Shown piece after piece: positions 57,001 through 64,000 of a DNA stretch of 64,000 nt; positions within the stretch are counted from its first letter, which is position 1; each line of letters starts with the position of its first letter. The stretch is from the IMG/VR virus record IMGVR_UViG_3300032295_000225, positions 3,698 through 67,697 of that record; one strand, given 5' to 3'. The DNA comes from a virus. Lineage: Duplodnaviria; Caudoviricetes. The notes beneath the pieces are model-generated. The model had not been told where the DNA came from and made no database searches. It saw nothing but the letters and a program-made list of their open reading frames with translations. A program made the position numbers and the translations under genes.

Positions 57001-60000
57001 TGGTGGGATTTAACTCGTGCTAAGTTTTTAGACAATCAAATTGGCGAGACCATTTATAGGTCAACTACTTGGAATAGGTTATATGAAACTGCCAGTATTG
57101 ACATTTATGAGTGGGTTGAAAGTAAACACTTACCGGCTGACTGGGACATTTTATCAGGCACCGATAAAGGAATTGCCGCTGGTATTAGTGGAACATCAAA
57201 GTACGGCAGTACAATATATAGTGTAAAAAAACGATATGATAATGTATCAAAAACTTTTATAAACACCTATTACTACTGGGTTAAAAATCCCACAATTACT
57301 CCTAATGTTCTAGACAGAAAACTGTCCGCATACGATGTTTCAAATTTAATTGCAGACCCAACAGGTCAAAATTATTCTTGTATAGCATTAACTGGTGCTA
57401 ATACATTTAGTTTAATCAATGCTACTAGTTTGATTGAAGGGACTAGTTCAAATTTAAATGTACAGTACTGGATTGTTGAAAAAGATTACACACAACAAAA
57501 TGCTCACAGCCAGTGGAAAGTTATCAGTGAGAATACAAATACTGTTATTCCTAGAGAAATAGAAAAGAAATGGATTGACAGTCTAGTAGGTAAAGACGCT
57601 TTTGATAGAGTTGTTCCTGACCCTAGTTTGCCTATTAAACAACAATATGGCATTTTGTTTAGACCTAGACAGAGCATGTTTGTTAATAGAACTGAAGCAT
57701 TAAAACAATATATTGAACGTGTAAATTCTGTACTAGCCACACGGTTAATTGCCGATGACTATGATACAAGCAATTTATTATTAGTAGATCCTTCTCCTAG
57801 CCCTGTATTGGGGTTATGGGACTCATCAGTTGATACAGAAGCCGAATTAAGATTTATAGGTACTGCCAATTTAAGATCTGCAATCTTAGAACCTATTATT
57901 ATTGATGGTAGAATTTTCGGAGTTACAATTATTGATTCTGGTTACGGATACATTAATGCACCATACTTGCATATAATAGGTAAGGGAAAAAATGCTAACA
58001 TTAGAACTATTATCGACTCTGATGGACGAGTTACGGGTATAGAAATTATCAATAACGGCGAAGGCTACTTAGATAATACAATATTTGAAATTAGACCATT
58101 CTCGGCGTTAGTGCTCAGCGACTCTACTACTTTTGACAAGTGGAGTATATATGAATGGAGCTCAGCAACAGTAAAATGGGAAAGAACTAGAAGTCAAGGG
58201 TATGATGTTACAAAATACTGGTCTTATCAAGACTGGTACAGTACCGGATACAATCAGTTTACTAAAATTGATCATGTTGTTGAAAACACCTATGAGTTAG
58301 CTACTCGTAATGTTGAAATTAATCAAATTGTTAAAGTTAACAATATAGGTACAGGCGGTTGGTTGTTATTAGAAAAATACGCTAATATAACAACAATTGA
58401 TTATACTGAAAATTATAAAGTTATTGGTAGACAAAATGGAACAATAAAGTTTTCCAGCAACCTATATAATTTTAATAATTCTATTATAGGATACGGCAGT
58501 GATTTGTACGACAGTACATATTACGATAATTTAGCTGTTAAAGAACTAAGAATTATTATTGATACTATTAAAACTAAAATACTAGTTGACGATTTAAAAG
58601 TTGAATACTTAAAATTATTCTTTGCTAGTGTAAGATATGCTCTGCAAGAACAAGCATTTGTTGATTGGGCATTTAAAACAAGTTTTGTTAAAGCTATGCA
58701 CAATGTCGGAGATTTAAAACAAAAAGTTACCTACAACAGCGACAACCTTGAAAGTTTTGAAGATTACGTCAACGAAGTTAAACCTTACAGAACTCAGGTT
58801 AGAGAATATATCAGTGCTTATTCAAAAATAGAATCTAATCCAAACAGCGTAACTGACTTTGATTTACCGTCACTGATTAATGAAAATTTTACTGTTGACC
58901 CGTTGACTGTTAAAATTTCTTCTACTGGAACAATTGAAAGCGGTTACCCCATTATTCAGCAATATCCATGGAAACATTGGTACGATCATGTTGGATTTAA
59001 AATTACCACTATTGAAATTGTTGACGGTGGCTCGGGATACATTGGTAATCCAGTAGTTAGAATCAATGGCGGGTTTGGTACCGGAGCAGTAGCTAAGGCC
59101 TATATATCTAATGGCAAAGTTAATAGAATACAACTAGTTAATTCGGGAACTGGCTTCTTAAAAGCTCCTGAGATTGTCATCGACGGCGGCCTTGCAGTTG
59201 GCGGAGTTCAAGCTAGGGCTGTGGCCATTATTGAAAGTGAAGTTGTACGTGCTAATAAGATTAGTATTAAATTTGATAGAACTAGCAAAACTTATTTTGT
59301 ATCTGAAATCACAGAAACAGAAACATTTGTAGGAACTGGATCAAGACTACAGTTTGCGTTAAAATTCAGTCCATTAACTAAGATTGGCACGTCGTCTGTT
59401 AAGTTATATCAAGTAGGATTAGATCCTGATAATGTAACAGTTACCGGCGTTGATATTCTTAGAGAAGATTATACATTAACTAGTAAAAAATCAACTGCAA
59501 AAGGTTATACAAGTTATTCAGGATTGGTAACTTTAACTACTGCTCCTGCAGTAGGAGAAACAATTAGAATAACTTATACAAAAGATTTTAATCACTTGTC
59601 TGCAACTGATAGAATTAAATTCTATTATAACCCAACAACGGGAATGTTAGGCAAAGACGCAGACGATTTTTATGCCCAATTAATGACAGGTGTTGACTAC
59701 GGTGGTGTAAGCCTAACTGGGTTAAGTTTTAACATTGGCGGCGGATGGGATACTCTTCCTTTCTTTACCGACAGTTGGGACGGGTTCGATGCAGACTTTG
59801 ATGATTACATCAAAGTTGTAGGATCAGATAGTGATGCGCACTACGAACACCAACTACCTTATACTCCAACTGCTGGAACAATTTTAAATGTTTATGTAAA
59901 TGAACAAAGAATTGATGATCCATATTTTGATTTATATGACGGTTCTACTGTACAACCTAATGGTAGAAAAGTTGCGCCTGCCGGAGTAGTGATGAAAACT

Positions 60001-62352
60001 ATCACCGCCAACGGCACAACAGATATTTTCTATTTGCCAAACAATAGTGATGGTACGTATCTTGATATAAATGAAGGCGATAGAATTATATTCCGTAAGA
60101 ATACTAGCGACGGAAGTATTACGCCTCGTCCAGAAGAATACGATACACAATTAAGTGGAGGAAATCTAGCATATACTACTGCTACTGGACTAGCCACAGA
60201 CGACATTAACATTGATGGCGACGGATTTGTAACTGCTATGACTAGTAATGCTCCGGAAGAAGTTGTTCCTGGCCAAATTGTAGACACAGTAGCTATTAAA
60301 GTGTTCCAGCTACCAACGTCTGGATCTAGTAAGATATTGTTTAAAAATTATATTGGCAATGGATCTAATACTGAATTTAGTCTAGCACAGATCCCATTGC
60401 AAGCAGCAAGTGTGTTTGTAAAATTAGACAATCTAATATTAACACAAGGTGTTGATTATATAATTAACTGGGCACAAAAGAAAGTTGTACTTTCTGTAGC
60501 TCCTGCTAATAAGAAAATTGTCAGTGTAATTACATTTAGTATTGCAGCAGAATTTTTATTAGATACAAATTATTTTGTTTCTGATGGCAGTACTTTAGAA
60601 TATATCACAAACGCTCCTTGGACTAATGATGATTCTACTGCTTTTGGTAGCATTGTTCTAGTCAACGGAGCAACAGTAGCATATGAATTATTTAGAACAG
60701 ACAACAGCTATGCTAGACCAAATTGTGTAGGAATTAATTTAACTGCTATTCCAGCGGTTGATGCATTAATAACATACATGATCACTAGTGATGCTAATTC
60801 TTCTGCATCTGTTATTAAGACTGAAGAACTAGCAGTAGATGGTAGTACTACAGTATTTGATATAGTGAACCCAGTAGGTCTTGCATTGCCGTATGAAAAT
60901 AATATTCTTGTGTTAGTAGACGGAGAAATATTAATACCGTCTATGACAGAATATTTTACTATGAAAGACAATTCTTTAACGTACAATCTTGCTAAGTTTA
61001 AGAGCGAGCCGTATGTAATTAACCCAGCTGATTGTAAAGTTTACGTTGATGGAGAATTGCTATCTTATAGTTCTCAATATGTGTTTGATTTGTCAGTCGT
61101 GTCAATAACATTAGATCCGTCAGTTTACAATGAAGGTAGTGTGTTAGCTATTGTTAATTACAAAGATAGTGAATATACTATTGATAATGATAGCACCGTT
61201 GCTCAAATTACTTTTGCAACTGCTCCTCTTGCAAACAGTACAGTTGAAGTTGTTACTTTCTACAATCACAATGTAGAAAATATTATTCGAACTAATGAAT
61301 TTGTGGGTGTTACAAGCTCGTTAGATATTGATACCCCTGACTACTATAGATATCACAGCCTAGCCGGAAATCAATTAGGATTGTTTAAGTCTGTAAAATT
61401 TGATGACTACATTTGGGTTATTAAAAATAATCAAATGCTAACACACAGCGTAGATTATCATTTAAATTCAAATTTACGCAGTATTACACTGGCTGTTCCG
61501 TTAATAGATTCAGACGTACTAGATGTAGTATTGTTTAGTGATGATCACATAACGCAAGGTTACGGTTGGATGCAGTTTAAAGACATGTTAAATCGCACCC
61601 ACTACAAGAGAATTTCTAAAGCTAAGAGTACTAGATTAGCAGCAGACCTTGGACAGTTTGACATTCAGATAACAGTTGAAGATGGATCAACTCTAGCACC
61701 GCCTAATCCTACTCTAAACTTACCAGGTGTAGTAGAAATACTGGGAGAAAGAATTGAATATATGTCTAAAGTTGGAAACACACTGAGCAGACTTCGTAGA
61801 GGTACATTAGGTACTGGCGTAAAGACAACGTATGTTTTAGGTACACTAGTTCAAGATATTGGACCTACCGAAACTATGCCTTATGCTGATCAAACTATTG
61901 TCAAGAAAGGTGATCCAATAGCTACTCCTCAGTTATATACTAATGGAACTTTAGAGTTACCGTATGTACCAAGTATTAACGACATAGAAGTATTTGTAGC
62001 AGGACGTAGACTTAAAAAATCTAGTTACCAGTTGTTCCAACAAGAAGCAATACGTCAAGGTAAACTTGATGCTACTTTAGCTAGCAATGACAAAGATTAT
62101 CCTGACAGTCCCGAAGGTGATATAACATTTGCTGCTGAATTTGCAGTCAACGGGACATCTACATTACAGCTAACAGAATTGCCGCTAATATTGTTAGAAG
62201 ATTCATCAGAGAATAAATTTGAAGTAATTGTTGTTAAGAAAATTGGACAAGTTTGGGAAGATCCTGGACGCACGTTACAGCAGTCTAATGGTGCTGTAGC
62301 TAAGTTCTTAAAAGACACTGAGACTAATTTCCCAGAATATCCTGTGGAATAA
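48004..62352 (+). CDS. Giant multidomain baseplate/virion protein (gp7 position), 4782 aa
   Basis: Single uninterrupted ORF after gp6; contains a cupredoxin-like module, CBM-like Trp/Tyr repeats, seven FG-GAP-like blades, G.GY...P.V.I.GG repeats and a KPY(R)T.VRE wedge-like motif. Confidence 0.85.
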   Translation: MATNNQSESALPVPGNNNPRKTSDLLPRFYKTDSNKKFFSATLDQLVQPGTVKKVSGYIGRQNAKSVTASDVFIQASDTTRQNYQLEPAAVIQDYLGNVNFFKDYIDHINHVKVFGGNVDNHERLNKQEFYAWNPNIDWDKFVNFQQYYWLPYGPTPIEVAGQQLAIESTFTVVAEDNGDNYAYLFTPDGLTRNPTITLFRGQTYKFEIDALHNPFSIKTQRIADTIDRFTEGVTGNGTEQGTLTFVVGIDAPDVLYYVNEADANTGGTFQIKDIDENTFLNVDADILGKKSYTLSTGTPLSNGMKLFFSGNISPEIYSSGYWYVEGVGTAIKLVSEVDLEISGTYTEETALLFDDNPFDVDPFSTITNTPKEKDYIVINRSSPDRNPWSRYNRWFHKDVITASAESAGQFPEFDQTARANRPIIEFSAGLKLYNFGHRAKKNVDLIDNFTTDVFSTIEGSLGYNIDGVDVADNMRILFTADPDRLVNGRIFKVNFIEVTVPNRQFNFNAATGINLTTKIITTSTAHGLTTGNQVIYLNNGELNINGLTHRKVYYVRVVNNTEIQLYTNKLLSVEANIFEAGTGIHSFEVFTGIRRQINLVEESDSVPLENETVLVNYGQVEELIPNSLYGNRGMMYWYTGTKWKLGPIKSTSNHQPLFDVFDANGYSYSDITVYDGSNFRGTKVFSYKVGSGTDDTVLGFPLSYQNINNVGDIQFEFDLLKDSFTYKNVADVLSKTTSVGYLKLINDLTNYSYENGWKTSQIDNIQPVVRIFKEEYKTLFDGSKNLIVNNFPVDVFDFKDQLTDLEVKVYVNGRRQNKNTFTVTNGPTYKTVVLTADVTTADVVTLKCYAKQLKNDNGYYETPISLQNNPLNNDVTQFTLGQVIDHVDTIVDNITTFSGTYPGDGNLRDIGNLTPYGARFVQHSAPLNLSLYHLGSQTSNIFKSLEQARDDYGKFKRAFITYASNAGIDTDPRPFVDIILTELAKDKPKTSPYYLSDMFGYSGSKRLEYTVLDSRIKTYPLTAAFNLASLSNKAVGVYLNGDQLLHGRDYTFGTDVFFTMLVDLVEDDLIEVYEYESTDGSFCPPTPTKLGLYPLFEPKIYTDDTYLESTTVIQGHDGSITIAYNDYRDDLILELEMRIFNNIKISYNSNIFDIHDFIPGYNRTTEYSKVETDNVLGQFFFQWTANVNQDFTQPNIDLWSRLNPFTFNYRDNFAPNGTDIPGFWRGIYRWMLDTDRPHTHPWECLGFSIEPTWWQDVYGTVPYTSDNYVLWEDIRQGIIRQPGVPIRILEKFAKPILSSGKPVDEDGNLISPLYASYANGPIKETAEGSWIFGDQAPVETAWRRSSYYPFALMQAALLLQPNKVLGSAFDRSRIVRNLSNQLIYKDTGRRIRLEDLAVTSTSLSSTRVYTAGLVNYLVDYLTSDTTTVLDQYADDLQSLTTKIAAKLGGFTSKAKFKLILDSKNPSSSGGVFIPEENYNIFLNTSSPTNRLAYSGVVITKYADGYEIRGYIKDQPYFVYYPYQQNERVINVGGISESFINWESDKYYTAGKLVRYNNQYYRVKITHQSTTEFNPDNFTRLAELPVTGGREAIIRKSWDKNTKITISYGTKFKQIQDVVDFLQGYGAYLQEQGFVFDEYNQSLKAVDSWETSVKEFLFWSTQNWAVGSALAVSPSARYMLVKSNTAVVDNIQNSFYGYKVYRVDGEKIDPEFTNTYREENEFSLSPQNTNHGLYGAVLHTVQKEHVLILDNVTQFNDIIYDQAPGYRQERIKVLGYVSANWNGGFNVPGFIFDTARVTDWTQWSDYNLGDIVKYKEFYYSAKSFLPGVSEFDNSSWILLEEKPTAQLLPNWDYRAEQFTDFYDLDSDNFDSEQQKMAQHLIGYQKRQYLENIIQDDLSQYKFYQGMISEKGTQNVFNKLFDVLSADGQESLTFNEEWAVRVGAYGATDSYKEIEFKLDESLFKLNPQPIELTSTIDPSVVDFVYRQVPTDIVVKPVGYNNEPWPVDGIEQYLRTPGYVRYEDVKLNVDSLEDVVAYDISTFVEGDYVWCAFENKLNSFNDYWNVYRFTKNTFGIADVEYASGTLTLQCNRTPNVAAGDIIGIENATAIQGFYTVASIVNKNIIIKTTIKDWTSPFTDSSEILTYKFISSRIDNANNINNILPPKITPGELIWADNNGNGLKTVYENNKVYGQKSLSKASPVLPNVNFGKKTAMAENGKTAAVADNNKVTIFVKNSLGNWLEQDIMTADFESSVTTVARSTASGTNIITADDTYSFELNDPVMFSGITAGGIISGRTYFVKTKPSNTSFTISETPGGSTFALTSSSIDMSVHLKLEYGTEMCFSPDAEWLAISAPRASNVRSAWRGDYDGGHEYNAGDVVQLRTNFTTERSLNSHWTARGNIPVADWSTINSFSQDWSATDLITVNKQFADAAYPTTGYENLGYVDLYRRSSSTGSYDLAHSFVSPNPTQGERFGSKMVMAQTGSEYVLAVTSPGTDTESVDSTVVQGRVYMYRYGTGAGDDSSVRWQMDYDRNYQGAFDSSRSYLQGDIVFYDYNLYECAGNTDFQNPAPDQSSLWSPVTKSNILGYFPQESSLFDVNNNDLTLAALEGQTIESVQPGDKFGAAIDLSSDGQTLIISAPGADQDTYENYKGPFRTSLKYFENDVVYYNGYYYKFNLLASANPISSFNTTHWDKVSTDTRSINSGKVFIYSYNGVGFELTQTLTSDNINIEREDQFGESIAVSATGGYIAVGTSLYDSDKRDAGRVIIFKKGTTYTKNQLLYSYTKETFERFGAFVDFMNDDETLVVFSGNGDVERVTTFDLGKLTIDNNTLRIADLQVDTGRVDIFDKYNENYIYGESLDTSVTNDDTDRYGASIAVGNNNIYVSAQRDDGSTSTFVQREGKVYAYYKLANAKSWSALHQEVKKPNVRKIKKSYLYNTTTSKLISYLDVVDPIQGKIPGPADQEIRFKTYFDPAVYSVGTSAVNVDAGMNWTKSQVGMLWWDLTRAKFLDNQIGETIYRSTTWNRLYETASIDIYEWVESKHLPADWDILSGTDKGIAAGISGTSKYGSTIYSVKKRYDNVSKTFINTYYYWVKNPTITPNVLDRKLSAYDVSNLIADPTGQNYSCIALTGANTFSLINATSLIEGTSSNLNVQYWIVEKDYTQQNAHSQWKVISENTNTVIPREIEKKWIDSLVGKDAFDRVVPDPSLPIKQQYGILFRPRQSMFVNRTEALKQYIERVNSVLATRLIADDYDTSNLLLVDPSPSPVLGLWDSSVDTEAELRFIGTANLRSAILEPIIIDGRIFGVTIIDSGYGYINAPYLHIIGKGKNANIRTIIDSDGRVTGIEIINNGEGYLDNTIFEIRPFSALVLSDSTTFDKWSIYEWSSATVKWERTRSQGYDVTKYWSYQDWYSTGYNQFTKIDHVVENTYELATRNVEINQIVKVNNIGTGGWLLLEKYANITTIDYTENYKVIGRQNGTIKFSSNLYNFNNSIIGYGSDLYDSTYYDNLAVKELRIIIDTIKTKILVDDLKVEYLKLFFASVRYALQEQAFVDWAFKTSFVKAMHNVGDLKQKVTYNSDNLESFEDYVNEVKPYRTQVREYISAYSKIESNPNSVTDFDLPSLINENFTVDPLTVKISSTGTIESGYPIIQQYPWKHWYDHVGFKITTIEIVDGGSGYIGNPVVRINGGFGTGAVAKAYISNGKVNRIQLVNSGTGFLKAPEIVIDGGLAVGGVQARAVAIIESEVVRANKISIKFDRTSKTYFVSEITETETFVGTGSRLQFALKFSPLTKIGTSSVKLYQVGLDPDNVTVTGVDILREDYTLTSKKSTAKGYTSYSGLVTLTTAPAVGETIRITYTKDFNHLSATDRIKFYYNPTTGMLGKDADDFYAQLMTGVDYGGVSLTGLSFNIGGGWDTLPFFTDSWDGFDADFDDYIKVVGSDSDAHYEHQLPYTPTAGTILNVYVNEQRIDDPYFDLYDGSTVQPNGRKVAPAGVVMKTITANGTTDIFYLPNNSDGTYLDINEGDRIIFRKNTSDGSITPRPEEYDTQLSGGNLAYTTATGLATDDINIDGDGFVTAMTSNAPEEVVPGQIVDTVAIKVFQLPTSGSSKILFKNYIGNGSNTEFSLAQIPLQAASVFVKLDNLILTQGVDYIINWAQKKVVLSVAPANKKIVSVITFSIAAEFLLDTNYFVSDGSTLEYITNAPWTNDDSTAFGSIVLVNGATVAYELFRTDNSYARPNCVGINLTAIPAVDALITYMITSDANSSASVIKTEELAVDGSTTVFDIVNPVGLALPYENNILVLVDGEILIPSMTEYFTMKDNSLTYNLAKFKSEPYVINPADCKVYVDGELLSYSSQYVFDLSVVSITLDPSVYNEGSVLAIVNYKDSEYTIDNDSTVAQITFATAPLANSTVEVVTFYNHNVENIIRTNEFVGVTSSLDIDTPDYYRYHSLAGNQLGLFKSVKFDDYIWVIKNNQMLTHSVDYHLNSNLRSITLAVPLIDSDVLDVVLFSDDHITQGYGWMQFKDMLNRTHYKRISKAKSTRLAADLGQFDIQITVEDGSTLAPPNPTLNLPGVVEILGERIEYMSKVGNTLSRLRRGTLGTGVKTTYVLGTLVQDIGPTETMPYADQTIVKKGDPIATPQLYTNGTLELPYVPSINDIEVFVAGRRLKKSSYQLFQQEAIRQGKLDATLASNDKDYPDSPEGDITFAAEFAVNGTSTLQLTELPLILLEDSSENKFEVIVVKKIGQVWEDPGRTLQQSNGAVAKFLKDTETNFPEYPVE

Positions 62353-62365
62353 ATATGATTAAATA
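62348..62365 (+). promoter_or_regulatory. Tandem late promoter cores (AATAAATA, ATTAAATA)
   Basis: At 62348-62355 and 62358-62365, before ATG 62383. Confidence 0.55.
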
Positions 62366-62382
62366 TACTAAAGAGAGCAATT

Positions 62383-62994
62383 ATGCAAGGTAAAGATTTA
62401 TCCGGAATCCACATCGAGGGACATATAAAGATACATGATCCAAAAAGCGGAGAAGTATTCATTAATAAACGTAATGCCATCCATTATGAAAATATGAGTA
62501 TTTCTCTAGCAGAAAGCATTGCCAATGCTGGCCAAGGGTTCATCTATGAAATGTCATTTGGCAACGGCGGAACTACAATAGACCCAACTGGTATTATTAC
62601 CTACTTGACGCCTAACAGCACCGGAACAAATGCCAGTTTATATAATCAAACCTATACTAAAGTTGTTGATGACCGTGCAGTTGTAAATTTAGATCCCACA
62701 AGAAATAAAATAGAAACACGACATGTAACCGGCACTAATTATACAGATGTCTTTATTACTTGTTTGTTAGACTATGGCGAGCCTGCATCTCAAGAAGCTT
62801 TTGACAATACAAATAATAACGAAAGTGCGTATGTGTTTGATGAATTAGGACTACGTGCATACAGTACAACAGGTACTGGTAGATTGTTAACACACGTTAT
62901 TTTTCACCCTGTACAAAAATCATTAAATCGTTTAATTCAGGTTGATTATACTGTGCGTATTCAAAGTCTAACAGGCCTAAGTGAGGTAGCATAA
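62383..62994 (+). CDS. Hypothetical baseplate/tail protein (203 aa)
   Basis: ORF track; GHIKI.D....V...NAIH, FGNGG, FDELGL and HVIFHPVQKSLNR.IQVDYTVRIQ resemble phage tail-collar/baseplate proteins. Confidence 0.75.
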   Translation: MQGKDLSGIHIEGHIKIHDPKSGEVFINKRNAIHYENMSISLAESIANAGQGFIYEMSFGNGGTTIDPTGIITYLTPNSTGTNASLYNQTYTKVVDDRAVVNLDPTRNKIETRHVTGTNYTDVFITCLLDYGEPASQEAFDNTNNNESAYVFDELGLRAYSTTGTGRLLTHVIFHPVQKSLNRLIQVDYTVRIQSLTGLSEVA

Positions 62995-64000
62995 TGGCAT
63001 ATCAAATAGCTCATACGGACGCAACAAACTACGGTAGCATTACTGTAGCAGATCAAGAAATTAATCAAGAAACAAGTCTAGGATTTGTTGGCAAAAATTA
63101 CACAGGTTATGCAAAAACTTTTGGTGAAAATTTTTTACACTTACTAGAAAATTTCGCAAAAGCCACCGCACCAACAAATCCAGTGATTGGACAACTATGG
63201 TATGACACTAATTCTACAGCAAATCCTTCGCAGCCCCAGTTAAAAGTATACGATGGTACTAAATGGGTAGCGGCCGGCAATGTTGAACGTAAACCTAATC
63301 AGCCTACTTCGGCAACAATTGGTGATTTATGGGTAGATACTGCTAATCAACAATTATACCTGTGGTCAGGGTCAACTTGGATTCTAGTAGGACCGCAATT
63401 TAGCGAAGGTACACAATCTGGACCAGTAGTTGAAAGTGTATTTGATACATTAAATTCACTACACGTTATTATAAAATTTATTGTAGGCGGAGAAATTGTT
63501 GCTATTATTAGCAAAGATGCATTTACTCCTAAGGTTACAATTGACGGATTTGAAGTTATCAAGCAAGGTATTAATATATCCAAAAAAGATTTTGATCTTG
63601 ACGGTAATATGTTAAACAAATTATGGGGAACAGCAGAATCATCTGATGCATTAACAGTGGCAAACGAAGTAGTTGCGGCTGCAAATTTCCTCAGAGGCGA
63701 CAAAGTAAGTACTACTAACTATGGTATTAGTATTAGAAATAATTCTGGACTTACATTTGGTTCAGACTTAAATGTATCACTAAGTACAGAAAGTGGAGAT
63801 ACTGTACTTTATAACAGTACTGCTGGAAAAAGTTTATTTGTTAAATTAAAAACACAATCTGGTGATGTTGAAAAAGTTATAACTGTTACTAATACTAATA
63901 TAGGTATTAATAAAACTAATCCTACAGAAGCATTAGATGTGACTGGAAAAATTGTAGTTAGTGACGGATTAATAGTAACATCAACAACAAACGCAACTGA
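62994..64000 (+). CDS. Tail fibre-like protein, N-terminal part (runs off the window)
   Basis: Not in the ORF track (no stop). TAATG overlap; MAYQIAHTD..GKNYTGYAKTFGENFLHLLENFA..P.NP..GQLWYD..LKVYDGTKW..GDLWVDT..QLYLWSGSTW..IGINKTNPTEALDVTG. Confidence 0.85.
   Translation, partial: MAYQIAHTDATNYGSITVADQEINQETSLGFVGKNYTGYAKTFGENFLHLLENFAKATAPTNPVIGQLWYDTNSTANPSQPQLKVYDGTKWVAAGNVERKPNQPTSATIGDLWVDTANQQLYLWSGSTWILVGPQFSEGTQSGPVVESVFDTLNSLHVIIKFIVGGEIVAIISKDAFTPKVTIDGFEVIKQGINISKKDFDLDGNMLNKLWGTAESSDALTVANEVVAAANFLRGDKVSTTNYGISIRNNSGLTFGSDLNVSLSTESGDTVLYNSTAGKSLFVKLKTQSGDVEKVITVTNTNIGINKTNPTEALDVTGKIVVSDGLIVTSTTNAT

Noticed and set aside
259-63703. Numerous short opposite-strand or alternate-frame ORFs in the track (e.g. 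259..627, 9602..10051, 19002..19547, 25236..25958, 29072..30301, 46261..46575, 62097..62480, 63347..63703)
   Set aside because: They lie wholly within long, motif-bearing genes, have shadow composition (Ser/Pro/Leu runs mirroring acidic or Gly-rich sense codons) and lack RBS or promoter support.
1-64000. Stop-codon reassignment, as seen in some large phages
   Set aside because: Genes are full length in the standard code and TAA, TGA (gp46, gp47, gp55) and TAG (34609) all act as stops at sensible gene boundaries.
63998-64000. Terminal TGA as the stop of the last gene
   Set aside because: It is out of frame with ATG 62994; the ORF continues beyond the window.

Overview
AT-rich, gene-dense morphogenesis region of a large T4-like myovirus (distant from T4 itself), read in the standard genetic code. 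From 1 to 22.1 kb (minus strand) are four large paralogous fibre/spike-like virion proteins and small structural genes. From 22.3 to 31.5 kb (minus) is the head module (major capsid gp23, scaffold gp22, protease gp21, acidic core protein, a CstII/Maf-like glycosyltransferase candidate, portal gp20) plus a tape-measure-like gene. At 31.5-32.6 kb (plus) is a gp26-like hub/chaperone gene with a probable programmed -1 frameshift. At 32.6-38.5 kb (minus) are a candidate internal virion protein, a ~450-nt highly structured non-coding region directly behind a small GIY-YIG nuclease, an Hc1-like gene, gp46, gp47 and late sigma gp55; gp55 and gp47 each have a near-consensus sigma70 promoter. From 38.6 to 64 kb (plus) is the baseplate operon (tube-like initiator, gp53, hub, gp5, gp25, gp6, a 4782-aa giant protein, a fibre gene running off the window). 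Late genes are preceded by a T4-like NNTAAATA promoter. No tRNA, CRISPR array, intein, terminase, sheath or integrase was seen. The best leads are the GIY-YIG-linked structured RNA, the gp26 frameshift, the sigma70/late promoter overlap at gp55, and the glycosyltransferase-like gene inside the head operon. Family assignments come from motif recognition only; no database search was run.
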